A stretch of DNA of 64,000 nt from a bacterium (GCA_963675755.2 CAXXMD010000003.1:96001-160000); one strand, 5' to 3'. Positions 27,277 through 36,557 are shown, counted from the stretch's first letter. Program-made: numbers and translations. The notes: generated by a model not told the origin, from the sequence alone.

Positions 27277-29310
27277 TTATCCCAATACTCCGGAACTGTC
27301 TACTGCCACAACGACCATCTTGTGTGCCGGCAGATCAAGCGGAGCATTTGCATCCATAGCCACAGGTTTGGAAGATTTAATATCCAGCAAATACAGTTTA
27401 CCGGAAAGGCTGAATTCGGGCTTCACTTTAAGGTCTGATTCGCCTTCATTAAAAATCATATAGCAGTTCAAGCCTTCTTTAACAACATGCCGTACCCGAA
27501 TATCTTTGGCGTCTGCACCAAATTTAACATCCCGGTCTGTTAGCTTGTCTATGGCAGAAACAAGTACTGCACTATCCATACCGGGGTTCCAGCGGATGAC
27601 TCGTCCCGCTTTTTCTAAAATGTCTAAGGCGGATTTGGCCTCTTCCGGTATTATCACCTCCGGTTCAACAACAAGGGTCTTGTAATGCATACCGGCAATA
27701 TGAATACCGTCTTTATCCACTTTAGCGTCTTCCCATAAATGCCGTGCTTCCAGATAATTAAAGTCGATCTGGTTTTGAAAACAAACCTTGGCAGATGGCC
27801 AGGGCAAATAATCGTTCAATCCCAGAATTGCAACATCACACACCTGTTTGCTGTCAGTATTCAACCAGCATAAACGACTGGTAGCATCGGCAAAGGGCTT
27901 GAATTCGCCCCACCAGGTATTGTTGGGACCAACATCCGGCGGACGTTCATCAACACGCGGGCCCCGCACAGAGTAATAAAACGCATGCGGATATAAAAGA
28001 TTGCAGCCACGAACAATCAGCCAGTTTGCCAGCCATTTCATTTCACGAAAGGTAAAATCGTGCCCATACGCGCCGCAATACTCGTTGGAATTGCGTCGGC
28101 GTCCCAGGTGAACCATAGCAGACGATGCACACTTGCCCATGGTAGATTGGGGTCCTTCCAGCGCGTTGGGTTTACCCGGTTCAACATAGCGCCATACAAT
28201 ATCCTGTCCCGGAAAATGAAAATAACGCAGATGCCCAATATCATCGGGATCCGCCGGGTGTCCGGCCAAAGCGACATTGTGTTCGCTGCACCACTCGGAT
28301 ATAGGTTTGTAATAGGTTTCTTCCAGACGTGCTTCCAATGCACGGTCATAATCCAGCCTGTACTTTTCCGCGTCCGGTTCATCATCAAACCATAATGCAG
28401 CCAAATGCGGAGTAAAATCATAACCCAGCCACTCGTTTACAAATTTCAACACATCCGCGTTGCCGGGTTTGGCGCCGCGTTCGCCCCGCTTGCCAAAAAA
28501 TGAAGGTTCATCCGTAAACACAGCTTTGATGGTTTTGCCGAAATGTTTTGAAAATTCATCATAATATCGTTGATAGACCAAACGGATAAAGCATTGCATG
28601 GCCTCAGGATTCAAAATATCGCCCAGTTCCGGCATATTTTCAGGGACTTCTTTTTTTTCAGGACGGCGTTTTGCGTCAGGATCGACAAAATGCAATCCGC
28701 GTATCAAAGAATACCCATCACTGATAAACCGGTCAACAACTGCAATTTGGTGTCCGTCCTGTTTACGTTTCACAATGGTAATCAGGTTTTGATCTTTTCC
28801 CATAACCGGTTTGCCATCCGCACCGATCTTGAATCCCTGTACTTCATCACCAGGTTTAACACTGTCCAGATCGATATAAAACAACCCGCGGGGACGATAA
28901 GCGCGGTTCTCTGCAACGACCTGTCCGCTTGCAGAACCACTGGGGTACATGCCTTCATCATACAGTACCACCCACATGTCCTTTTTTTCTGCCAAATCAA
29001 TTGCATAACGCATATAGTGGATCATTTTATCACTCATCCAGCCAATATCACGCGGTAATCCGGCACGGGGATGAATCACAAATCCATAAACACCATGATC
29101 GCAAAAGTCCTGCATTTGACGTGCAATTTCTTTTTCAGTCAAACCATCATTCCAGAACCAGAACGGTGCCTGAGAAAACTCGTGTGGCGGTACAGACCAG
29201 CTTTCAAGAAAAGCGTGTTGTGGAGCTTGGGAACTATTGAAACAATTCAATGCCGCGGCAGATCCGGCCACAGCAACTGAACCTATAAAATGACGCCGGG
29301 ATATTTTCAT
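27277..29310 (-). CDS. Tat-exported glycoside hydrolase, GH106/alpha-L-rhamnosidase-like
   Basis: SRRHF Tat motif; PFWFWND, IHPRAGL, LYDEGMYPSGSASG, FTDEPS, HAFYYS. Confidence 0.7.
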   Translation of the reverse strand: MKISRRHFIGSVAVAGSAAALNCFNSSQAPQHAFLESWSVPPHEFSQAPFWFWNDGLTEKEIARQMQDFCDHGVYGFVIHPRAGLPRDIGWMSDKMIHYMRYAIDLAEKKDMWVVLYDEGMYPSGSASGQVVAENRAYRPRGLFYIDLDSVKPGDEVQGFKIGADGKPVMGKDQNLITIVKRKQDGHQIAVVDRFISDGYSLIRGLHFVDPDAKRRPEKKEVPENMPELGDILNPEAMQCFIRLVYQRYYDEFSKHFGKTIKAVFTDEPSFFGKRGERGAKPGNADVLKFVNEWLGYDFTPHLAALWFDDEPDAEKYRLDYDRALEARLEETYYKPISEWCSEHNVALAGHPADPDDIGHLRYFHFPGQDIVWRYVEPGKPNALEGPQSTMGKCASSAMVHLGRRRNSNEYCGAYGHDFTFREMKWLANWLIVRGCNLLYPHAFYYSVRGPRVDERPPDVGPNNTWWGEFKPFADATSRLCWLNTDSKQVCDVAILGLNDYLPWPSAKVCFQNQIDFNYLEARHLWEDAKVDKDGIHIAGMHYKTLVVEPEVIIPEEAKSALDILEKAGRVIRWNPGMDSAVLVSAIDKLTDRDVKFGADAKDIRVRHVVKEGLNCYMIFNEGESDLKVKPEFSLSGKLYLLDIKSSKPVAMDANAPLDLPAHKMVVVAVDSSGVLG

Positions 29311-29331
29311 AATCATCCTTCTTGTATATTA

Positions 29332-30957
29332 TTATAATTTTCTATACCAGGGTAAACGTGTCAATGGTGCATCAACCTCAATCTTTGTCGGACCTTTGAC
29401 GATAGAACCATCATCACCTTTCCACTTGCCCTCCGGCAGGTATACAATTCGGCTGCGTGCCCCTTTATCCAAAACAGGCGCAACCAGAATAAAACTGCCC
29501 AGCATAAATTGATCTGTTATTCTATCATAGCCCCTGTTGGGGAAAACATAATCCATAGATCGAACTATGGGCTCACCACTTTTTGCAGATTCTTTCGCCA
29601 AGGCCAGAATCTCTGCACCCATATCCGTGTGCAGATTGGCCATATCTACACATATTTGCAAATTCTCTTTACTTAAAATCCGCCAGGGTGCAACCGAAAA
29701 CTGCATCATGGGCATCAGTGCATGACATTGCGCGGCACGCACAACAAGCTCCTGATCAATTTGTTCCAGGTCCATGAATGACAAATATTCTCCCCCGCCT
29801 ATCATATCGGGACATGTAAAGGGATACCCCATCAATCCCTGGTTGATAATTCCGGGAATGAGTTTATGCAAATCCTGCCAGTTATGGGACTTGTCCCGCA
29901 AGCGCATGGCAATTGGCTGCCCGCCCATTTTCCAGGCGGCCCGATATTCATTATACGGATAATCCAAACCCACCTTGACAAACAATTCCGAATGTTGGTT
30001 GGGTGTTATATCTTTTTGAAAAGAAAGCGTGGGGCTCAGGAACCGTTCCGCGGTATAATGCTTTGCGTCCCCGCCATCAAATTTAAATCCATCAATACCA
30101 TAGGTTTCTACCAGATAGTCAAGTTTTCCGGTAAACCAGGCTCTCCCATCCGGATGTGACAGATCCACAACATGGCTGTATCCGTTCCACCATTGCATCA
30201 CTGCCGGGTAATCTGGGTTTTCGGCATTGACTATCCAGATTGTATCTTTTTTAGCTTTATAATCTAACCATAATGTTTTCCAATATTGCCCATCTGAAGT
30301 GATGTACGGACAAATCCATAATATCACCTTGAATCCCAACTGATGCAGCTCAGTCATCATGGATTTCGGATCAGGGAAACGGGTCGGCTCAAACTCCCAA
30401 TCGCCATAGGTCTTGAACCAGCCTTCATCAATCATCAAAACACCGGGTTCAAATCCGCTTTCAACAATCTTGTGTGCGTATTCTAATATTCCCTGTTGAT
30501 GTTGATCATAAGTAAACTCTATCCAGGTATTAAATTGTGGTTTTAAAAACAACTCTGGCGCAGGTATTTTCCCTGAAGCGGGGAAATAACGGCTGCTGAC
30601 ATATTTATATACGTCTTCAAGGGATCGTCCATGAGTACCGCTTTGCAAGGACCCGAATTGCGACTCTACTTTTAATACTTTATTACTGAATTGGAATTTA
30701 AACGGATCCTCAGACCAAATATATCTACCTTTATTGGATAATAACAAAGGCTGTCCCTGGTTTCCGGCAATATTACCTAAAAAATCAAATTGAAAATCCT
30801 CATCATGAACAGGCATCAAATGCGATTCAGCAACAACACCCATCCACCATTGTTCATCCTCTAAAATTTGAAATTCCAGAACATTATTTTGTGAAAATAG
30901 CGTTATCGGCAAAAAATAAATAACACAAACGATTGAGAGGAATATATTTTTTTTCAC
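29332..30957 (-). CDS. Glycoside hydrolase family 31
   Basis: GTG start at 30957 with signal peptide; MIDEGW, DGFKFDGGD (nucleophile), PDMIGG, QFSVAPW, QFMLG..LVAPV. Confidence 0.85.
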   Translation of the reverse strand: MKKNIFLSIVCVIYFLPITLFSQNNVLEFQILEDEQWWMGVVAESHLMPVHDEDFQFDFLGNIAGNQGQPLLLSNKGRYIWSEDPFKFQFSNKVLKVESQFGSLQSGTHGRSLEDVYKYVSSRYFPASGKIPAPELFLKPQFNTWIEFTYDQHQQGILEYAHKIVESGFEPGVLMIDEGWFKTYGDWEFEPTRFPDPKSMMTELHQLGFKVILWICPYITSDGQYWKTLWLDYKAKKDTIWIVNAENPDYPAVMQWWNGYSHVVDLSHPDGRAWFTGKLDYLVETYGIDGFKFDGGDAKHYTAERFLSPTLSFQKDITPNQHSELFVKVGLDYPYNEYRAAWKMGGQPIAMRLRDKSHNWQDLHKLIPGIINQGLMGYPFTCPDMIGGGEYLSFMDLEQIDQELVVRAAQCHALMPMMQFSVAPWRILSKENLQICVDMANLHTDMGAEILALAKESAKSGEPIVRSMDYVFPNRGYDRITDQFMLGSFILVAPVLDKGARSRIVYLPEGKWKGDDGSIVKGPTKIEVDAPLTRLPWYRKL

Positions 30958-31051
30958 AATCCGGTCCCTACAATTTATAAGCATTCTTTTATTGTAAAGA
31001 TTTTTTGATTGATTTTCAAGTTCTTTTAAAACAAGGATCAAAGAAAAAATC

Positions 31052-31087
31052 AAAAAAAAAGCACTGACAAACAATCATGTCAGTGCT
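31052..31087 (-). terminator. Intrinsic terminator of the VOC gene
   Basis: Minus strand AGCACTGACA-tgattgtt-TGTCAGTGCT followed by a long T run. Confidence 0.8.
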
Positions 31088-31115
31088 CAAATATTGTTGT
31101 ATTTAAAACCCTTTT

Positions 31116-31535
31116 CTAGGCTTCCGCTTCATAGTTAACCATCCAGATAATTCCATATTTATCTACCAGTTGACCAAACATTGCGCCCCAAAATGTCTTA
31201 CCCCAGGGCATTACCACATTCGCACCTTCGGACAGGTTATTAAACCAGGCTTCTCCTTTTTTCTCATCATCTATCTGAATTATTATTTGCACATTATTGC
31301 CGTTTTCCAGTTTGCTTCCCGGCATTATGTCTGCTCCCATTAAAAGGGCTTTACCATCAATTTTCAATGAAGCGTGCATAATTTTATCAAGATACTCGGG
31401 CGGCATTTCTGCTTCCACAGGTGTTCCTTTAGCCGTCATGGTTTCCAGCTCAGCACCCAATGCGTTTTTATAAAAAGTCATAGCATCCAAACAGTTTCCA
31501 TCAAATGACAAGTATGGATTTATAGAGATAAACAT
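31116..31535 (-). CDS. VOC/PhnB-like (glyoxalase superfamily) protein
   Basis: INPYLSFDGNC..AMTFY, IMHASL, TFWGAMFGQLVDKYGIIWMVN. Confidence 0.9.
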   Translation of the reverse strand: MFISINPYLSFDGNCLDAMTFYKNALGAELETMTAKGTPVEAEMPPEYLDKIMHASLKIDGKALLMGADIMPGSKLENGNNVQIIIQIDDEKKGEAWFNNLSEGANVVMPWGKTFWGAMFGQLVDKYGIIWMVNYEAEA

Positions 31536-31720
31536 ATTTTCCTCCTACAATTTTGGGATTATAAACGCATAAAACAAATCAAAGGGCTTGATTATTCTTG
31601 ATACAAGAAAAAAACAAACATTTTACGCATATCTGATAAATGAATCGATATGTAAAAATTTAATTGTTTTTTTATAATAAAATTGGTTATATTTACCACA
31701 ATAATAATAATCAGAGAATT

Positions 31721-31927
31721 ATGAACACACAAAATCCCACATATTCAATGTCTTTACCGTCAGCATTAGCTAACGGCCGGGAATCTGTGTGCCTGTGGAA
31801 AAATCTGAATATTATATCCTCATTAGTAAACATACCGGGTGTGATTGTACAACGCCTGGTGGTCGTCGTCCCTGTTATTCTTCTTAACCTCTTGTCTGTG
31901 GGTGTGGTGGTTCGCGTCAGCGAATAA
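31721..31927 (+). CDS. Branched-chain amino acid attenuator leader peptide 1 (68 aa, Val-biased)
   Basis: Last 41 codons contain 13 Val, 7 Leu, 5 Ile; homologous to 33969-34178; directly upstream of ilvB. Confidence 0.8.
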   Translation: MNTQNPTYSMSLPSALANGRESVCLWKNLNIISSLVNIPGVIVQRLVVVVPVILLNLLSVGVVVRVSE

Positions 31928-32026
31928 CAACCCGGTGCAAGAGGAAATCTCGTAATACATCCAAACATTTAACACAACGCTCTCAACCCATCCTCTGCAC
32001 CGTAAGCACAGGTATGTTTAGTTTTG
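31888..32026 (+). promoter_or_regulatory. Attenuator RNA 1 (1:2 and 2:3 pairings, weak 3:4 terminator)
   Basis: CCTCTTG (31888) / CAAGAGG; CGGTGCAAGAGGA (31933) / TCCTCTGCACCG (31991); ACC..GGT hairpin with an interrupted U tract. Confidence 0.7.
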
Positions 32027-32081
32027 AATTATTCCAGGCATGTTCGAATTGGCTGAATAACTCGTAAACGAAAGGATAGTT

Positions 32082-33803
32082 ATGACTGGTGCAGAAATGA
32101 TTTTACACGCTTTAAAACAGGAAGGCGTAAACGCGGTTTTCGGTTACCCGGGTGCCTCGGTAATCGATATTTTCGATTTATTGTATGATGGAGATATCCC
32201 GTTTTATCTGGTAAGACATGAACAGGGTGCGGTACACGCAGCAGACGGCTTTGCCCGTGCATCCGGCAAAGTGGGAGTTTGTCTGGCCACTTCCGGACCC
32301 GGTGCTACCAATCTGGTAACCGGTCTGGCTACAGCTCACATGGATTCAATCCCCATGGTTGCCATTACCGGCCAGGTAGCCACCCACCTGATCGGGAATG
32401 ATGCGTTTCAGGAAGTCGATATGGTGGGTATCAGCAGACCCATTACCAAGCACAATTATCTGGTAAATTCAGTTGAGGAATTGCCCATAATTTTAAAACA
32501 GGCCTTTCATATTGCACGCAGCGGCAGGCCCGGTCCGGTATTAATTGACATTCCCAAAGATCTTCAACGAATGGAATGTACCGTTCCCTATCCGGACCAT
32601 ATAGAAATCTCCAGCTACAAGCCAACCTTAAAAGGCCATACGCAGCAGCTCAAAAAGGCGATAAATTTAATCGAGCGCAGTAAAAAACCGGTTATTTACG
32701 CAGGGGGTGGTGTTATTGCCAGCGAAGCAAGCAGCGAACTTCGAACCTTTGCAGAAAAGATCAATGCTCCCGTCACAACGACATTGATGGGATTAGGGAT
32801 TTACGATGAAACCGCACCCAATGCATTAAAAATGCTGGGGATGCACGGTACCGAATATGCCAACTACTCTATTCAGGCATGCGATTTATTGATTGCAGTT
32901 GGTGCCCGTTTTGATGACAGGGTTACCGGCAAAGTTGATAAATTTGCACCCAACGCCAAAATCATTCATATTGATATCGATCCCACAACCATCCGTAAAA
33001 ACGTTCAGGTCAATATACCCATCGTTGGAGATGTTAAACATGTTCTGGCAGATCTGATAGAAATGATTGAGCAACAAGATAAAGCAGAATGGATTTCACA
33101 GGTGCGGGAATGGAAAGAAAAGCACCCCCTGACATTTAAAAACGATGGTTTTATTCAACCACAATTTGTGATCGAAAAAATCGCAGAAATGACAAACCAT
33201 AAAGCAATTATTACCACAGAAGTCGGCCAGAACCAGATGTGGACAGCACAGTTTTTCAATTTTAAACATCCGCGTACCTTTTTATCATCCGGCGGCCTGG
33301 GAACGATGGGCTATGGATTCCCCGCAGCTATTGGCGCTCAAATTGCCCACCCGGATAAAGTGGTGATTGATATAGCTGGCGACGGTAGCATCCAGATGAA
33401 TATACAGGAACTGGCAACCGCAGTTTTGTATCAAATACCAGTCAAAATCGTTATACTTAATAATCGTTCCCTGGGCATGGTAAGACAATGGCAGGCTATA
33501 TTCTATGACAGGCGTTTTGCATCAACCTGTCTGCGCCGCAATGCCCAATGTCCACCGCAATGTGAACAGACAGAAGAATTTTGTCCTACAGAGTATGTAC
33601 CCAATTTCGTCAAACTGGCCGAAGCTTATGGTGCAACCGGTCTTTATGCGGACAAAGTTGAGGATGTTGTGCCCACTTTGGAAAAAATGTTGAATACACC
33701 GGGTCCGGTTGTTGTTGAATTCAAGATAGAAGCGGAAGAAAATGTTTATCCCATGGTGCCGGCAGGCGCCCCGATTCATGAAATGATAAGAGGCATGGCA
33801 TAA
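32082..33803 (+). CDS. ilvB: Acetohydroxyacid synthase large subunit, copy 1
   Basis: FGYPG, RHEQGA, TSGPGATN, GDGS..MNIQEL..NN ThDP motif. Confidence 0.97.
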   Translation: MTGAEMILHALKQEGVNAVFGYPGASVIDIFDLLYDGDIPFYLVRHEQGAVHAADGFARASGKVGVCLATSGPGATNLVTGLATAHMDSIPMVAITGQVATHLIGNDAFQEVDMVGISRPITKHNYLVNSVEELPIILKQAFHIARSGRPGPVLIDIPKDLQRMECTVPYPDHIEISSYKPTLKGHTQQLKKAINLIERSKKPVIYAGGGVIASEASSELRTFAEKINAPVTTTLMGLGIYDETAPNALKMLGMHGTEYANYSIQACDLLIAVGARFDDRVTGKVDKFAPNAKIIHIDIDPTTIRKNVQVNIPIVGDVKHVLADLIEMIEQQDKAEWISQVREWKEKHPLTFKNDGFIQPQFVIEKIAEMTNHKAIITTEVGQNQMWTAQFFNFKHPRTFLSSGGLGTMGYGFPAAIGAQIAHPDKVVIDIAGDGSIQMNIQELATAVLYQIPVKIVILNNRSLGMVRQWQAIFYDRRFASTCLRRNAQCPPQCEQTEEFCPTEYVPNFVKLAEAYGATGLYADKVEDVVPTLEKMLNTPGPVVVEFKIEAEENVYPMVPAGAPIHEMIRGMA

Positions 33804-33906
33804 AAAGCCAGAGAATTAAAAAATAATTGATAAAACTTAAATATTCTACAATCTTGAAATTATTGACGTTATTTATTTAAAAAACAAGACATAAAATATT
33901 TTTTTA

Positions 33907-33934
33907 TTGACTTTATCAAATAATTAGTTATATT
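33907..33934 (+). promoter_or_regulatory. Candidate sigma70-type promoter for leader 2
   Basis: TTGACT-N16-TATATT; the -10 context AATT(A/G)GTTATATTTA recurs upstream of leader 1 (near 31681-31695). Confidence 0.45.
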
Positions 33935-33968
33935 TATTAATTCAATAGTATAATATTTAGAAAAATTC

Positions 33969-34178
33969 ATGAGCACACATACGGCCACAAAATCATATCC
34001 TTTTTCAAACCCGTTAGCAATCGCTTACGGTAGGGGAGCTGTGTGCATACGTAATACGAATCTGAATATTCTACCATCCTTGTTAGTAAACTTACCGGGT
34101 GTGATTGTGCGACGCCTGGTGGTCGTGCCCATCATTATTCTAAACCTCTTGCTAGTGCTAATTCGCCTAAGCGAATAA
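33969..34178 (+). CDS. Branched-chain amino acid attenuator leader peptide 2 (69 aa, Leu-biased)
   Basis: Last 39 codons contain 12 Leu (5 CTA), 7 Val, 6 Ile. Confidence 0.82.
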   Translation: MSTHTATKSYPFSNPLAIAYGRGAVCIRNTNLNILPSLLVNLPGVIVRRLVVVPIIILNLLLVLIRLSE

Positions 34179-34284
34179 GATACATGGTGCAAGAGGAAGC
34201 CAAAAAAATTTAATACACTACACAAAGCCTAAACGACCCGGAAAACGGGAAAACCCTCTGCACCATGAGACAAGGTGTTTTTTT
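34145..34284 (+). promoter_or_regulatory. Attenuator RNA 2 with 1:2, 2:3 and 3:4 structures
   Basis: CCTCTTGC (34145) / GCAAGAGG; CATGGTGCAAGAGG (34183) / CCTCTGCACCATG (34255); terminator GCACC-atgagacaa-GGTGT followed by a T run. Confidence 0.8.
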
Positions 34285-34347
34285 AAATTTGATGAGGTAT
34301 TTTTTTTTGAGCAAAAAACAATACATACAACAAAAAAAAGGATAGTT

Positions 34348-36069
34348 ATGACTGGTGCAGAAATGATCGTTCACGCTTTAAAACAAGAAGGTGTACGTGC
34401 GTTATTCGGTTACCCGGGTGGTTCGGTGATCGATATCTTTGATGTATTGTACAAATCAGATCTTCCATTTTATCTTGTGCGGCATGAACAGGGTGCAGTC
34501 CACGCTGCAGACGGTTTTGCACGTGCATCCGGTGAAGTGGGTGTCTGTCTTGCAACATCAGGGCCGGGGGCTACAAACCTGGTAACAGGTTTAGCTACTG
34601 CTCATATGGACTCTATTCCGATGGTAGCAATAACAGGACAAGTTCATACTCATTTGATTGGTAACGATGCATTTCAAGAAGTCGACATTGTTGGCATCAG
34701 CAGACCCATTACAAAACACAATTATCTGGTTAGCTCGGTAGATGAATTGCCTAAAATTTTAAAACAAGCATTTTATCTGGCCCGCACGGGCAGACCTGGT
34801 CCGGTTTTGGTGGATATCCCCAAAGATATTCAACAAACCGAGTGCAAGGTCCCCTATCCGGATAAAGTTGAAATTCCAAGCTATAAACCCACAATGAAGG
34901 GCCATTTGCAGCAGCTCAAAAAAGTTGCCAAAGCCATTGAACAAAGTAAACAACCCGTTATTTACGCCGGTGGTGGTGTTATTGCAAGCGAAGCAAGCAA
35001 TGAACTGCGTACCTTTGCTAAAAAGATCAATGCTCCCGTTACTACAACGCTGATGGGACTCGGAATTTATGACGAGACTGATGATGATGCGTTAAAAATG
35101 CTGGGTATGCACGGTACGGAATATGCCAATTACTCTATTCAGGCATGCGATTTGTTGATTGCTGTTGGTGCTCGCTTTGATGACAGAGTTACCGGCAAAG
35201 TCGATAAATTCGCAGCCAATGCTACAATTATTCATATCGATATCGACCCTACAACCATTCGTAAAAACGTTCAGGTCAACATTCCTATCGTTGGTGATAT
35301 TAAACATGTGCTTACTGATCTGAACGAGCTCATTGAACAGCAGGATAAAAAAGAATGGATTTCTCAGGTTCATGAATGGAAAGAAAAACATCCGCTGGTT
35401 TACAAAAACGATGGTCACATTCAACCACAATATATCATTGAAAAACTGGCTGAAATGACTGATCACAATGCGGTTATCTCTACCGAAGTGGGTCAAAACC
35501 AGATGTGGGCGGCACAGTTTTACAATTATAAAAATCCGCGTACCTTTTTATCATCTGGCGGTTTGGGAACCATGGGTTACGGATTCCCCGCAGCCATTGG
35601 CGCCCAGGTTGCACAGCCGGACAAGGTCGTTATTGATATTGCGGGTGACGGCAGCATCCAGATGAACATTCAGGAACTGGCCACCGCGGTATTGTATCAA
35701 ATACCCGTCAAGATTGTAATCCTCAACAATCGCTCACTTGGCATGGTGAGACAATGGCAGGGTATATTCTATGACAGACGCTTTTCATCTACGTGTTTGC
35801 GGCGTAATGCCATGTGTCCACCGCAATGTGAACAAACAGAGGAGTTCTGCCCGGAAGAATACGTTCCCAATTTCGTCAAACTGGCAGAAGCCTATGGAGC
35901 AACCGGTCTTTATGCGGATAAAGTTGAGGATGTAGTACCAACTTTGGAAAAAATGCTGAATACTCCGGGCCCGGTTGTTGTTGAATTCAAGATAGAAGCT
36001 GAAGAAAATGTTTACCCCATGGTGCCGGCTGGTGCCCCAATCCATGAAATGATAAGAGGAATGGCATAA
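34348..36069 (+). CDS. ilvB: Acetohydroxyacid synthase large subunit, copy 2
   Basis: Same motifs and same length (573 aa) as copy 1; stop overlaps the ilvN start. Confidence 0.97.
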   Translation: MTGAEMIVHALKQEGVRALFGYPGGSVIDIFDVLYKSDLPFYLVRHEQGAVHAADGFARASGEVGVCLATSGPGATNLVTGLATAHMDSIPMVAITGQVHTHLIGNDAFQEVDIVGISRPITKHNYLVSSVDELPKILKQAFYLARTGRPGPVLVDIPKDIQQTECKVPYPDKVEIPSYKPTMKGHLQQLKKVAKAIEQSKQPVIYAGGGVIASEASNELRTFAKKINAPVTTTLMGLGIYDETDDDALKMLGMHGTEYANYSIQACDLLIAVGARFDDRVTGKVDKFAANATIIHIDIDPTTIRKNVQVNIPIVGDIKHVLTDLNELIEQQDKKEWISQVHEWKEKHPLVYKNDGHIQPQYIIEKLAEMTDHNAVISTEVGQNQMWAAQFYNYKNPRTFLSSGGLGTMGYGFPAAIGAQVAQPDKVVIDIAGDGSIQMNIQELATAVLYQIPVKIVILNNRSLGMVRQWQGIFYDRRFSSTCLRRNAMCPPQCEQTEEFCPEEYVPNFVKLAEAYGATGLYADKVEDVVPTLEKMLNTPGPVVVEFKIEAEENVYPMVPAGAPIHEMIRGMA

Positions 36070-36557
36070 TGAGACATATAATTAATTTAGAAGTCGAAAA
36101 CAATCCGGGTGTACTGGCAAGGATATCAGGACTTTTCAGCGCGCGCGGATTCAACATCGAGGCCATTTCGGTTGGAAAACCCGAAACCAACATGACCTCG
36201 CGTATGACCCTCGTAGTTAGAGGAAATGATGAAGTAATTGAACAAGTCAGCAAACAACTCAACAAACTTATTGATGTAATACGTGTAACCGATGTTACCA
36301 GCAATTATTACGTCAGTCGTGATCTGGTATTGGTCAAAGTTACGTGTCCACCGGCCAAACGTACCGAAATCTCTCAACTGATCGGTATTTTTGACGCCAA
36401 GGTTGTTGACATTAGCAACAAAACCATGACACTGGAACTGGCAGGCAGTGAAGCCAAAGTAAACGCATTTATTGAAACTATTCGTCCTTATGGAGTAAAA
36501 GAACTGGCCCGCTCCGGAACCATTGCCATGTTGCGGGATTCAAACGGAAAAATCTAA
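36069..36557 (+). CDS. ilvN: Acetohydroxyacid synthase small (regulatory, ACT) subunit
   Basis: VENNPGVLARISGLFSARGFNI, QLNKLIDVIRV, ELARSG. Confidence 0.96.
   Translation: MRHIINLEVENNPGVLARISGLFSARGFNIEAISVGKPETNMTSRMTLVVRGNDEVIEQVSKQLNKLIDVIRVTDVTSNYYVSRDLVLVKVTCPPAKRTEISQLIGIFDAKVVDISNKTMTLELAGSEAKVNAFIETIRPYGVKELARSGTIAMLRDSNGKI

Noticed and set aside
31711-34225. Thr/Arg-rich antisense ORFs at 31711-31968 and 34025-34225
   Set aside because: Shadow frames of the Val-rich leader codons; the sense leaders explain the pattern.
31600-34347. T-box or metabolite riboswitch upstream of ilvB
   Set aside because: No T-box consensus or recognisable aptamer; the leader ORF plus alternative hairpins fits ribosome-mediated attenuation.
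32082-36069. ilvB duplication as an assembly artefact
   Set aside because: The copies differ throughout at synonymous and some non-synonymous sites and have distinct leaders and spacers.
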